Of a stretch of 64,000 bases of DNA, positions 40,346 through 54,038 are shown in pieces. The DNA comes from Chrysomallon squamiferum (lineage: Eukaryota; Animalia; Mollusca): positions 13,888,001 through 13,952,000 of the forward strand of contig CM022677.1 in the NCBI GenBank assembly GCA_012295275.1, in the 5' to 3' direction. The position numbers were made by a program, and so were the translations under genes. Positions within the stretch are counted from its first letter, which is position 1; each line of letters starts with the position of its first letter. The notes beneath the pieces are model-generated. The model ran no database searches. It worked only from the letters and a program-made list of their open reading frames with translations, and was not told the DNA's origin.

Positions 40346-41678
40346 TACGAGCATCAACGGAAATATTAGTTAAAATAAATCACCTTCCTTTGCTTTCCTT
40401 CTTCATTTCTTCATCATTTTTCTTTATTTATTTACTATTTTGTTTATTTGTTTATTTATTCTGTGTTTTGTTGTTCTCTCATGTATATACTTCTCTTTGA
40501 ATATTTAATTTTTTGTACATTTTGTAACAGTTGTAGTCTCCGTTATTGTCATTATTGTACGTTTTGTGTTCACACTGAATCGTGGAACTGAATTATGGAA
40601 ACAATTGATGTATTAATGAAATCTGAATTAAAATGTTATGCTATTTTTATATTGAATAGTTTGTTGTATTAACATATACAAATTAACATACAGAGAGATA
40701 GACACACAGACATACGAAGTAAGGATATATTTATAACAGATAGTTAAAACTTAGTAGTACAGAAGTAGTTTGTTGTCAACCAGGTACAAGGGAATTTAAT
40801 GAGATAGATCCCGCGGTCTTGAATTCATTTTAGCACCATTTATACAAGTTTTTCTACGTCCAGGGCTATACAATGACAAATATATTAACGTGGTATTTTA
40901 TTGAGTTCTCTACAAATTACGTTGCATTTACTGTTACTAGCTGTTTTTATAATACCAGTGAGATTTATATATAATAACGAATATTTTGTTAAGAATACTA
41001 TTTTAGTGATGATTTTTTACACGGCATAATGAAAAAAAGAGGTTTGTAGTTTACATGATTTTTACATATTTAGATATTTAGGATTTCTTCGATAATACAG
41101 TTACGCAGATATAATACTACGCTGTAAATTACAATAAAAGGTGAAGCAGTAATATTAACCGAATATTTTTAAAAATTCAGCTGTTTCCAGACTAACGTCC
41201 TTTGTCTTATTAACATAACCAGATTACAGACGAGAATAAAAGTGAAAAGATGCTGGATTAGGTTGATATAAATAAGAAATTATATTGATAATTAGAGTTT
41301 ATGCCGATAACTTTTATTTTATTAGCAAAAGTATAGAAAAAGAAATGAAGTTAATCAGGAAGGACATTCCATAATTTAATGGGGAGTTATTTTTTAAATT
41401 TTATTTATTTATTATTATTTTGTTCCATTTGCTTTATTTTTTCGTCAATTTTTTAATTTTTTAATTAATTATTACTTTTATGATTCTAATAATATATTAT
41501 TCGTTTACACTGAGAGGAATCGTATAAACTGACTTACATAAATTTGGTTATTGCTTTAATTCGAGACGAATTTTGTGTATTTTTTAAATATGTAAGAAAG
41601 TAAATAAGTAAGTATATTAATAAATAAATAAATAAATAAACCAAGAGGAACTATGTTTAATAATTAATTATTCTGGTA

Positions 41679-41933
41679 TTGGACGCATACACTAGCGAGG
41701 TGGAGAAACTTTTAACATTCTGGGAATACCGCATCGGAGAATACCATCTGAATATTGCCGAATGCATGGGCCATCCCAAGTTTAATCCGTTTAAAGAATT
41801 TGATTTGTTCTGGCAAAGCAACGAAGATTTGCGAGCTGAGCTATACGCACTTCGAAAGCCGCCAAAACGCTACTACGAGCTTCTCAGAAAGAACAAAGAG
41901 TTGTGCAATATTCTCACAGATTTATTGTATTAG
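41679..41933 (+). CDS. Orphan 84-codon open frame of unknown origin
   Basis: Non-repetitive, locally GC/CpG-richer island with protein-like composition (..TFWEYRIGEYHLNIAECMGHPKFNPFKEFDLFWQ..). It starts at TTG, with no clear upstream ATG or acceptor, and I do not recognise the family. Confidence 0.3.
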   Translation: MDAYTSEVEKLLTFWEYRIGEYHLNIAECMGHPKFNPFKEFDLFWQSNEDLRAELYALRKPPKRYYELLRKNKELCNILTDLLY

Positions 41934-44704
41934 AACAAAACAACAACTTTGATTTGTCTGTCAGTCGCCTTTCCTTAGCTTCTTCTACAATAGAAAACAG
42001 ACTTTACTGTCTGTAAAATTACTGATTGTGTTATATTTCTTTTTACTTTTTTTCTGTTGGCTACGGTTTTATTTCTAAACACACTGTTCTCGAGAACATT
42101 AATTTCACTGTACCTTAACATCAAAACATTATTTATTTATTTATTATTTTATTTCTTTAGTTACTAAAATTTAAAAAAAAGAAAGAAATTATGTTAACGT
42201 CATATACATTCTGTACCACTTTTCAGTTTAAACTATATAAAAAGCCACTACTAAACATATTCTTTCATTATTTGTATCTATCTACATACACACATATAAA
42301 CACATACCTGCATACATACCAACATGCATCAAAAAAATACACACATACACACACAAATATATAAACAAACACTCACACAAACATACACTGGCTCAGGGTA
42401 TATTTGTGATCCATATGGTACAGAAAAAAATTATTTATTTATTTTTATATTTTTAAAAAATTATTTATTTATAGTTGCATTTTCTGTTCTCTTTTTTCCT
42501 TTTTTTCTCATTTACAATACACATAGTGTTCAACAAAAATATTTTGTATTTGTAAATATTTTGAAAAAAATAATGTTCATAGTCTTTAAATGGCTTCATA
42601 GTCTTAAAAAAAAAAAATAATAATAATAATAATTGTCTAATCACTTGTAAATAAAAGAAAATTGTTGTTTTTCCTATCTTTTTGTTTGTTTTAATATATC
42701 ACAGTTTAGGTGTGGTTAGAACAGGAAATTATGTCAGAGAAAAATGAAAAGAAATGATACAGCTCTGCTCACTATTATTATAATTATCATCTACTAACTC
42801 TCACTATTATTGTAATTATCATCTACTAACTCTCATTTTTATTATAATTATCTGTTCACACACACTTGACAAATAACTGTTTTCTACATTCTGGTTTGTA
42901 AAAAAACTGGCATTTTACAGATTATATACTTTAAAACATTTTTTTAGAAAAATATAAACATAATTAAGAAATAATATATTTAAATAAGTAAATAAAATTA
43001 ACATTAAAAAGTCTAAGTATTTGTCATGCTTCTGCAAGGCATGTGCACATCTGTATATAAAAAACAATCAAGTATATGTTCTGTATTTTGTGTAAACACA
43101 TCAGAACCTTAACACTAATATTTTAATAACTAACCTGATATCAAGACCACTCTGTATTACAAACAAAACCTTACATAATCAGCAACATGTTAGTAACTGC
43201 AGTATTAAAAACACTGTGATACATCATGCTACTCAGTGATAAATAATAATGACAATTCTTACAATCTCAGAGAAAAGCTAACTCTTCAGTTTCTGTTATA
43301 ACTGAAATTCATTCACAGATAAAGCACTGAGGATTTGCAGTGCTACATAATATACACATACAACTGTAATCTGTCTCTTAAAATAAAACAGCTGGAAAAA
43401 ACATTTCTTCAATCTTTGGTTTATGGGCCAATGATAAGAGTGTCTATCTATATTTCAATGTGTGCATGAGTGTGTATGTACTTGTGTAAGTCTGTATACA
43501 TGTGTATTTGAGTTTGTATGTTTTTTGGAAACGTATGTATGCATGTGTATCTGTGAGTGTTTATATTAAGTGCATTTGAGTGTGCATATATTTGTGTAAA
43601 TCTGTATCTGCATGTATCTGTGTGCTTATTATGTGTGCATGACTAGGTATGTATTTCTGAATGTTTGCATGTATATGTGTCTGTGTGTGTTTGTATTGTA
43701 TGTTTAAGTATGTATGTATGTTTGTATGTGTGTATGTATGTGTGGATGTGTGTGTATGTGTATGAATGTATTTGTGTATCTGTGTGTTTGTATTTTGTGT
43801 GTGTTGTATGAGTGAATTTGTTTATTTAGTCAAATTATCTAGTGATCAAGAATTTATTTCTGAATGTGTGTATATGTGTTTGTTTTTGAATGTTTGTATA
43901 TTTGTGTAGATAGATGTACGTGTCTGTATTAGTGTATGTATGTATAAGTATGGATTATGTGTACTTATATCTAAGTATGTGTGTATGAATACATGTGTTT
44001 GTATTACTGTGTATGTGGGTGTAAGTTTGGATGTAATCAATGCCAAATAAATTATTAGTTCAGAAAACATTATCTTAACACCAAAAACTAAAATAAATCT
44101 GAAAATAAATAAAGTAAATACTGTGTGTCTTTTATGTTGTTTTTTTACCTGCTGAAATTAAATAGCAACAGAAATTGAATAAAATACCTATCTATATTTA
44201 ATTATTTTAAATTAGTTTTTTTGTTTTTTAAATAATTAGTTACTAATTTAAAATCAAACACTCACATTAAAATAGAAAACTAACCATATTCCATAAACAT
44301 ACATAATTAAAAAAACCTCATAATTCATCATAAACTAATACACACATATGCGCATACACATGCACACATAGGCATACCTATAAAAAAATCCATACAAACA
44401 CAGATACAAACACACACAGAAACTCTTACTTGCACAACAATAGACACACATACACCATACAAATACAGACACATTCACACACACAAACTTAATACAAAAC
44501 ACACACACACACTCACACACATATAAATACACACATACACAGAACCATACATTCAATTACATACATATCTTACACATCATGCAAAGATAATTATGTAGAA
44601 ACAAAATGACACACAGTGCTATAAAGAGATAAGAGGTATATAAAAATATCACTTGTTTGTAGTAAAAAGATGATGGAGGTAGAGCATGTGCCAGTGATAG
44701 AAGT

Positions 44705-45336
44705 AGAAAACACCAGTAACACAGTCAGTGAAAACACAGTTCACTCAGAAACTAGCTTAAAGAGAACAGCAGTAACAGTCAGTGAAAACACAGTTCAGTC
44801 AGAAACTAGCTTAAAGAGAACAGCAGTAACACAGTCACAGAAAACACCAGTAACACAGTCAGTGAAAACACAGTTCACTCAGAAACTAGCTTAAAGAGAA
44901 CAGCAGTAACACAGTCAGTGAAAACACAGTTCACTCAGAAACTAGCTTAAAGAGAACAGCAGTAACACAGTCAGTGAAAACACAGTTCAGTTAGAAATTA
45001 GCTTAAAGAGAACAGCAGTAACACAGTCACAGAAAACACCAGTAACACAGTTCACTCAGAAACTAGCTTAAAGAGAACAGCAGTAACACAGTCAGTGAAA
45101 ACACAGTTCAGTCAGAAACTAGCTTAAAGAGAACAGCAGTAACACAGTCACAGAAAACACCAGTAACACAGTCAGTGAAAACACAGTTCACTCAGAAACT
45201 AGCTTAAAGAGAACAGCAGTAACACAGTCAGTGAAAACACAGTTCATTCAGAAACTAGCTTAAAGAGAACAGCAGTAACACAGTCAGTGAAAACACAGTT
45301 CACTTCAGAAACTAGCTTAAAGAGAACAGCAGTAAC
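44705..45336. repeat. Satellite, 56 bp unit, ~10 copies, running into the assembly gap
   Basis: Unit gaaaacacagttcactcagaaactagcttaaagagaacagcagtaacacagtcagt (agaaactagc at 44881 and 44937), with a recurrent extra segment cacagaaaacaccagtaacacagt. Confidence 0.95.
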
Positions 45337-45536
45337 NNNNNNNNNNNNNNNNNNNNNNNNNNNNNNNNNNNNNNNNNNNNNNNNNNNNNNNNNNNNNNNN
45401 NNNNNNNNNNNNNNNNNNNNNNNNNNNNNNNNNNNNNNNNNNNNNNNNNNNNNNNNNNNNNNNNNNNNNNNNNNNNNNNNNNNNNNNNNNNNNNNNNNNN
45501 NNNNNNNNNNNNNNNNNNNNNNNNNNNNNNNNNNNN
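45337..45536. other. Assembly gap (200 N)
   Basis: Run of n characters. Confidence 0.99.
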
Positions 45537-46160
45537 TACTTCGTTCAGTTACGTATTACTTTATGTATAGAGTTTTTTCTTTGTTTAAAATAATAAATGC
45601 AGTGTTATTAATTTAAAAAAGGACATTATCGATATATATATAATGAACACGTTAAAAAAAGCACATTAATTTATTTCTCAATTTTTAAAGAAAAATAATA
45701 CCCTCTCCTCTAGCTCTGACTTCTTTACAGTTTGCTGGGTTTGTTACGCATAATTATCATGTATATCCTGGCTAAGTGCTCTTGAGGAAACTTATTAACT
45801 TATCAACTATTAGTCAATGGCATATGCTACGCAATCTGAACTACAGGTAGACCTGAAGAAATGTTTACCAATAGTTATAGCATCCTCTAAACTTAATATT
45901 AACGTGAATGCTGACATCCTAATAAACATGTTATTATCACTATTTTCATTCAGTCTTCACGTGAAAAAAAGAGGTAAATATTCTTGGATCAGACTGGAAT
46001 CATGTACATCAGGTATCTCTCTTAAGTTAGGAATCTTGTGTCATCAACATGTAGTCTCGCATAATCGTCAACATCAAATCTTCTGTAGGCCTGGTCAGGT
46101 GAGGATATTGGTTGTCTTTCACCTATTTCTAAATACCAGTTTAATCCTAACCGCCTTATA

Positions 46161-46729
46161 GTCTCACTTGTGACACCAAATGTAACGGAGGGTGCAAGCA
46201 AGCGGTTCTCTTAGCTAACTGTCTAAGGAATAAACAAACAAGATGGGGTTTCCAATTAAAGGGCTTTAATACTAGGGGATTCCTGATATAGCAATGTTAA
46301 CATTTACAACATAGTAACAATGGCGTCTCCAAGGAGGATAAACTGACAAGGTTCATTAAAAACAAATCATAACAAAAATTCTACAGTTCCAAACTAAAAA
46401 GACCAAACAATACAATAAAAAAAAAATAATAATAATAATACAAAACACACACATACTGGTGTCCCCACCTTCACTAGCAATAGTTTAAGTCCTGCAATGT
46501 CTAAGGCCAAAGTGCAACCTTTTGCTCCGAGAACGTCCCCCGAAATATTTCAGGCAGCAATTGCCATATACGGTCATGTCACATGAAAGCTCCCAATAGG
46601 AGGCAGACATCTTACTCTATCTTGCTAGCACTTACTCCCCACTAATTACTTTAACACATTACATAATCTGACCTTTACAGAATAGGAAGCAATGGCTATT
46701 ATTCCTCCATTCAACACACTTCCCTACTT
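46161..46729 (-). mobile_element. LTR retrotransposon relic: single ~535 bp LTR with a tRNA-Leu-like PBS downstream and a PPT-like tract upstream
   Basis: Minus strand: ttttAAGTAGGGAAG (46729-46719), then TG.. (46718) to ..GTTACA (46181), then TT, then TGGTGTCACAAGTGAGAC (46178-46161). The last motif matches the remembered tRNA-Leu PBS TGGTGTCAGAAGTGGGAT at 15/18 positions. Confidence 0.65.
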
Positions 46730-47139
46730 AAAATGTTGTCATCCTCAGCAACATCAAACATTTAATAATAATTTTAATTGATACAATAAAATCTCTCATA
46801 ATTTATCTCTATGACATTAAGAACAACGCCATTATGACGCCAACCACGAAAACATTAACATTAAAATAGGATTATCAGGTGGAAAGGTGCCAGGTTAAGG
46901 TAATATTCCACATAGAATATTATAATTAATTATAGGTGTAATAGTTATATCTTTGATTTTATAATGAGAAGTCTAAAATATTGAAAAATATTTAATAATG
47001 TATTATTTATATATATATATGTAGAGAGAGAGAGCAGATAGAAGCATTTTATAGATAGATAGAAAGTCAGAGAGACAGACAGATAGATTGATACATTGAA
47101 ACACAGAGAGCAGATAGACAAAGACACACACACACTCAC

Positions 47140-47172
<33 letters not shown>

Positions 47173-47273
47173 GATATTTATAACAGAACTGGACTTTTGA
47201 AACCATTCCGAATTGGTCACATTTAAAAATGTATTTAAAAATGACAGTAAATTTTGGAATAAATGATGAAATA

Positions 47274-47958
47274 CAGTATACCCTCACCTGTTCGCGGTTC
47301 CCCATTCGCGGCCCCGCATATTCGCGGGTTAGGCTCTTAACCCTATCGCATCGTATGCTGGTATACCAGGCGAGCGTCATAACGTCATAAAAACAAATGC
47401 TCGGTAAACCGCACAAACAATATCAAATTTTTTCAGTTATTATTGCAATACAGTACGTATTTTTTTTATAAATGCATACACTGTATGTACAGTGCATATT
47501 TTTTGTGACCGTGTATTAATAATGTTTTTAATTGCATATTATTACTGAATTGTATTATTATTACCTGAACTGTGCGTACTGTATTTATCTGTCTGTAAAT
47601 TTGTTCCACTTTCTGTCAATTCTAATACATATGTTGTACGCATAGAAAATGACTTTACGGTACAGTAATACAGTATGGGTAACTATGCTATGCGGTGTTA
47701 CTGTCCTCCTGTACTTACGTTTCTTTCTGATTAAAATATTGTTTCAGTACAAAATTAAAATGTGTTTACATTAGTGAAATACATAACTGCATGCAATATT
47801 ACTTCATTATTACTGTATTAATGAATAAGAGTGTCTTTAGAAAGTGTTTGGGAAGCATTTAGTACCGTATATAATCTCATAATAGACGTTTTAAAACTGC
47901 ATCCAATATTCGCGGCGGGGTAAAGAACGTAACCCCCGCGAATAGCGAGGGAATACTG
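47274..47958. mobile_element. Non-autonomous Tigger/pogo-like (Tc1/mariner) MITE, 685 bp, TA target-site duplication
   Basis: TA|cagtataccctcacctgttcgcgg ... ccgcgaatagcgagggaatactg|TA imperfect TIRs. The paralogous empty site atgaaaTAtttttaatatt is present at ~35860-35878. Confidence 0.9.
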
Positions 47959-48244
47959 TATTTTTAATATTTGATATGCAGAATTGGCAAAAGAAATTAC
48001 CTTGAAAGACTGAGTATATTGAAATGTCTTGTGTATTCTTAGCTTTTAGGAATTATTTTACTATTAATATGTCATTGATAATCCAAACAAGCAGCTTTCT
48101 GTCCACTGGTCTATCCCTATGTCCATCCACCATAATGCTTTCTCTAAAATGTCCCTGTTTGTATATCTTCCTGTGTGTATCTGATGTTCTAAATCTGTCT
48201 TTCTAGGTTTCAGTCTGCAAATCAATTTACTGTCAGCCAGTGTG

Positions 48245-48500
48245 TCTCTTTATCTATATATAAAACACACACACAAACATAATTCAGTCTAATTCACATA
48301 CTCATTACCATCTCTTTATCTATCTATAAAACACATACACAAACATAATTCTCTAATTCACATACTCATTACAATCTTTTTATCTATCTATAAAACACAT
48401 ACACAAACATAATTCAGTATAATTAACATACTCATTACAATCTCTTTATCTATCTATAAAACACACTCACAAACTTAATTAACTCTAATTCACATACTCC
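48245..48500. repeat. Minisatellite, ~62-66 bp unit, 4 copies
   Basis: tctctttatctatctataaaacacatacacaaacataattcagtctaattcacatactcattacaa repeated. Confidence 0.88.
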
Positions 48501-49464
48501 CATCCTATCTCGCTAACACATTAACATACTAACATTTTCTTTCTCACACACACATCAGCATAGCTCTCTACACATCTCTGTATCTATGTGTATGTCTGTC
48601 ATCTACATCTCATCCTCTCTGTCAATCTCTCTCACTAATTTTATATCCCTCTCATTATACATATCTCTCTGTCAGTCTATCAAACTTCCAGTCTATCTTT
48701 TCATCTATATCAAAAATACATACATACTCTTGCACACACATTATGCATATATACCCATTTTCTCTCAGTAATAAGAAAACACATATTCACACACACACAT
48801 ACATATCATATCTAACACACTTAGCTAGATCAATGAAGGAGGGAGACAGGCAAATACAGGATGAAATGGTCTTTGTCCTCCCAGTATTGGTGAATTTACT
48901 TTGACAATATTTTTGTTTTTGAAGAACTTCATTCACTTGGTGTTAACACTGTCAGTGTGTATTGAAACAGATTTTGATGGATTGTTCTCATTTACAATCT
49001 TTTAAACATCAGCTTTTTCAAAATATGGTTTTATCTTGATCCTTTTACCACTTTATTCTATATACATAATGAACTGCTTCTAACTTAGTTCTCAACAGAC
49101 ATGGATTTCACTCAACATGCACATCAGGATCCACAGAACTCACTGAAAATGTACATGAAGCTTTTAATAAAGATCAGTAACTCACTGTACATCATATTGA
49201 ATCTTAAAATATTTATTTGTCAAAATAAATGTATTTTTTAAAAATATTTTTCTATTAACGGTTTACACTTTGTAAAATGTAAATATTTGTCATTTTACTT
49301 TAAAGAGTAATTAGTGATATTTAGAGTGATTATGTGAAATACTGATTTGTCTTCACAGACATCTTATAAAGTACACACAAAACACACTCTATGCTGTCAC
49401 ACAATTAGAACAAAATATTTTATATATCAAAAAATAATTAAATAAATAAATAAATAAAAATGAA

Positions 49465-49499
<35 letters not shown>

Positions 49500-49540
49500 A
49501 AACAAATAAATAAATAAATAAATAAATAAATAAAAACAAA

Positions 49541-49891
49541 TAAATAAATAAATAAAATGATAGTGACAGGCCAGGAGTTGGTTCATTTAGCTTGGAAACA
49601 GGATATTTGAGCTAAACACAAAGAGTTTAATAAACAAGTGTTTAGCAGGTTGATAATCAACAACTCCACCCAGTGTTTCATACACACATACACACACATA
49701 CACCTATACAAATATAAACATACATACATACACATACATACACACACACATATATACACACATACATACATATACATACACCTATACAAATATAAACATA
49801 CATACATACACAGACATACATACACATACACAAACAACACAGATACATATACTATATATATATATATACATATACATATATACATGTGTGG

Positions 49892-49930
<39 letters not shown>

Positions 49931-50210
49931 TATGCATGTATATATATATATGTATGTGTGTATGTATGTGTGTACATGTATGTGTGTATGTATGTGTGTA
50001 TAGGTGTGTGTACGTATGTGTGTATGTGTGTATGTATGTGTGTATGTATGTGTGTATGTGTGTATGAAGTACTAGGTGGAGTTGTTGATTATCAACCTGC
50101 TAAACACTTGTTTATTAAACACTTTGTGTTTAGCTCAAATATCCTGTTTCCAAGCTAAACGAACCAACTACTGGCCTGTCACTATCATTTTATTTATTTA
50201 TTTATTTATT
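49541..50210. repeat. Foldback palindrome: ~135 bp near-identical inverted arms enclosing CA-rich, (TA)n and TG-rich tracts
   Basis: aaaatgatagtgacaggccag..cttggaaacaggatatttgagctaaacacaaag..tttagcaggttgataatcaacaactccacc (49554-49670) is the near-exact reverse complement of ~50077-50191. Confidence 0.95.
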
Positions 50211-50544
50211 TATTTTAAATAAATCATAAAATAAATCATAAATCATAACACATACATAATTTTACACTCACATATAATGGGTAGGCTACAGACAAACAGT
50301 CTCACATAAATACATGTACAAATACACATGAACAAATACATATACAACATATACCCCACTTTCATACGTATAGACACAAAGTACACAAATAATCTCATAT
50401 TTACTATTACTGTAATACACATGCACATTCATGTGCTTATATGCAGAAAAATATACACACATAAACAGTCATGTTTTAATCTAGTCACATATTCATATAG
50501 ACAGACAAATACTCACCAACAATAACTTGTCTATACACATATGG

Positions 50545-50584
<40 letters not shown>

Positions 50585-51036
50585 ATATACACACACAGAC
50601 ACATACACACACAGACACATACACACACACACACAGACACAAATACTCACACAAAGACACTGGATGTGTAAAAAGGTAGATAAATGAAAGGATAAATGAA
50701 TAGACATACATAATAAAATATTACATTAATGACTTCTGATCTCAGATGATCTAAACAGACAACAAACTAATCAGTGTTTCAGTGTAAACTAACACTGCAT
50801 GTCTCTCTATACACCAACTTAAACTACTAAGTCAAAGTTTACCATTCTACCTCTAGTTATCAATATAACATTACCTCAAGCCTTTAATATTCTTAATAAA
50901 AAAAGGCTTTTAATCTGGAAACCCTTTCTGTATTTTTTCTATTTATACTCACTACTCCTAGTCAAAGACTGTCATTACATAATATTAACAATAATAATAA
51001 TTGTAATAATAATAATAATAGTAAAATAATAGTAGC

Positions 51037-51081
<45 letters not shown>

Positions 51082-51137
51082 AATAATTGCCTTTTCTTTT
51101 CATTAAAATGAAATTTCAAACTACCAAGTAAAGACCT

Positions 51138-51186
<49 letters not shown>

Positions 51187-51679
51187 CACATGCATATATA
51201 CACACATGACCACAAACACTTAGATACTTTTAATTTATGACTTTGTTATTTAACAACAAAATGAATGAAACATTTGCTAGTACATGAAATGAAACATTTG
51301 GATGTGAATTCTTTTTCTTCTCTAATATGTAAACTAATAAAAACAAATTAATATAAATACAGATTCTTTGTAAGAGCCCCCATCTGACATCTTTTTTTTT
51401 TTTAAATCAAAAAGTTTTGTTTACATTAGAGCTATAATATATGGAACTTTAATCCATAATGTATCAAAGAATTTGTATTAAATTTTAGGATTAACAGAAT
51501 TATTGTTTCTCACTTTTAATACAACACAAGACAAATATTGAATAATAATATTTCTTGTAATATACATATAAAGTTGTATAAAGAGGAATCAATATAAACA
51601 TGTAGGTATGTTCCAAGAACACTATATTTCAACTTGTATCTGTTAATCTGTGATAAATAATTAAAATATTTCCAGTGGA

Positions 51680-53991
51680 TTCTATAAAAACAGGACGCTG
51701 TTGGGTAATGCCATTTTCGACTGCAGAAAGAAAAAGAGAAAGAACACATGACTGAAATAATTTACTTTTCATATGTAAAAATAAAACTACAAGCAGAATA
51801 ATTTTTCATACAGTAAGGATGATAAAATTAGAAACACAGATATTTACAATCAGACATAGTATTTTCATGTATATTTCAAATGCCTATCAAATGACTTAAT
51901 GTCAACAAAAATAATGTTTATTTTTTTGTTATAAACAAATTCTAATTATCCCTAATTACATAATTTTAAATATATTTATACAATGATTACCCCCAGCAAC
52001 CCTTGATTTTCCCTGATTTAAAATATGACAAAGAAAAAAAAAGAGAAAATTATAAAAAAAATATTTTTGATGAGTTTCTTCTTTTTTTTTTATAAAAAAT
52101 TCTAATTACTGTAATTACCTAATTTTAAATATATTTACATTGATTATCCCAGCAAACCCTTCATTTTCTCCAATTTAAATAATACAAAAATTATTTAAAA
52201 ATTTAACACCTCTATGCACTATCGCATTAATTTTAGCTTATATAGAAAAATGGCATTCCATAGCAATGATGAATCTCTATTCCTCTTTCAGCGATAAAAA
52301 TTAGAATAACCAAGCACACATCAAAGATAAAAACAGTGCAAGCTGCTATGAAGTACAATGTGTACACTGGATATTCTGATCACATTGACAATGCAGTCTC
52401 TTGGAGATCACTGAGTTTTTCAAATTCTTATAACATTTCTGACAGATTTTCTCTTGAAAGTGTTGAGCTTTCTCTGGACACGGAAGACTGTGATGTAATA
52501 GCATTCTTGTGCTCTAGTGAACCTTTTCTGAAAATGGGTCTTACAACATTTTCAACTGAAGTGCTGGCTAAGGCAGCTTGAATCTGTTGTCTAGGATCCT
52601 ACAACAAAATATAATATTCATCAATAAACTAAACATAAAATAAAGTGCAAGTAGTATTTTTCTTGTCAGTTCTAACTGCATTTCACTGTCTTAGCAAGAA
52701 GACTTGTAGTCCACATTTTTGTTTTATCCATACAATATTAATAATAAAAAATATTTTATTAAATGTTTTTATATTCTTAATTTGAATCAGTTTAATATTA
52801 TTTTTTAACTTTGATATAAAAGGACTAAAATAGCAATACATCAGTAAAAGAGATTATGAAAAATATTTTTAAATTATTTGAATAATTCTGTAACTTCGTC
52901 AACTTTGGTTTTTCAATACTGATTCCACTTGAAATTCTAACATGATGAAAATACATTTGAGATTATTCTGACAATCTTTAATTAACAATGAACAATCGTG
53001 ATAGTTACATCATAAACAACAACTGATTTGATTAATTAAAATAATTAATATTTACTTTTTGCTGCTTATGAAATATATTTTGTCTTATAAATAACCACAT
53101 TAGTCAGCTAATAGTTACAATAATGGATCATTTAGGTATATTTTAAAATGTATTTAAAACAAAGACAACATTACACATGTATGAGATAAAATAAGAAAAG
53201 AGGCTAAATCTTTCAAGCTATTTTATGCATCTTTCAAATCCAGCAAAATTACATCCATACACCAAATTTTTAAATATTATAAATATCTTTAGCCCCACCA
53301 CATAAAGTATTAAATGTATTTCAGATTAGAGTGAAGTATTAATAAAAGTAAATTACAAATTTATACAATTGTTCTGTTCACTACTCTATTAGGCTGACAT
53401 GCAAATTATTACAAGGTTTGTTGAACTATTATTACATTGATTCGACTACTATCTAAACTAAATAACATTTACAATATCAAGATCCTTTATGAAACATTTA
53501 TATAAAATTATCAATACTATTCTGTACATTAAAATAAATTGTTGGCATATGCTACTTTTGATTAAATTAATTCTTAATGAAATGAGCTAAAAAACACAAA
53601 AGTGAATGAATAAAACAAACCTTTAGAGCAGCATTCAATCCACACATAGACATGGATCTTTCAGAACCTGGAGCAAAAAAATCAAAATAAATAAAATAAA
53701 ACAACAGTTGTACATATTATATTTTTAATTAAAAAAACAAAACAAAAAAGTCCACATCTACTACAACAATTTTTTTGTTTTTAAATACTGCAACTTTCAC
53801 CTTGTAAATTGTCTTCTTTAAAGTTAAGGAACTAATACAAAATTGCATTTTACTTTTTCAGTTATTAAATTTGTAAAATTCATAGATTGTTGACTAAGAA
53901 TTGCTAATAACATTACCTATTTCTGTAAAATTGCTGCCAAAAGGTTTTTGCACTGACATTAACTGTTTCCTGAAATTAAACAATTATTTTG

Positions 53992-54038
<47 letters not shown>

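Noticed and set aside
44705-45336. Regular repeats superficially like a CRISPR array, and ORF 44670..44894
   Set aside because: Contiguous tandem units without unique spacers in eukaryotic DNA and no cas genes; the ORF is a repeat translation.
49583-51215. Multiple Cys/Val/Tyr- or His/Thr-rich ORFs
   Set aside because: Translations of (CA)n, (TG)n and (TA)n microsatellites.
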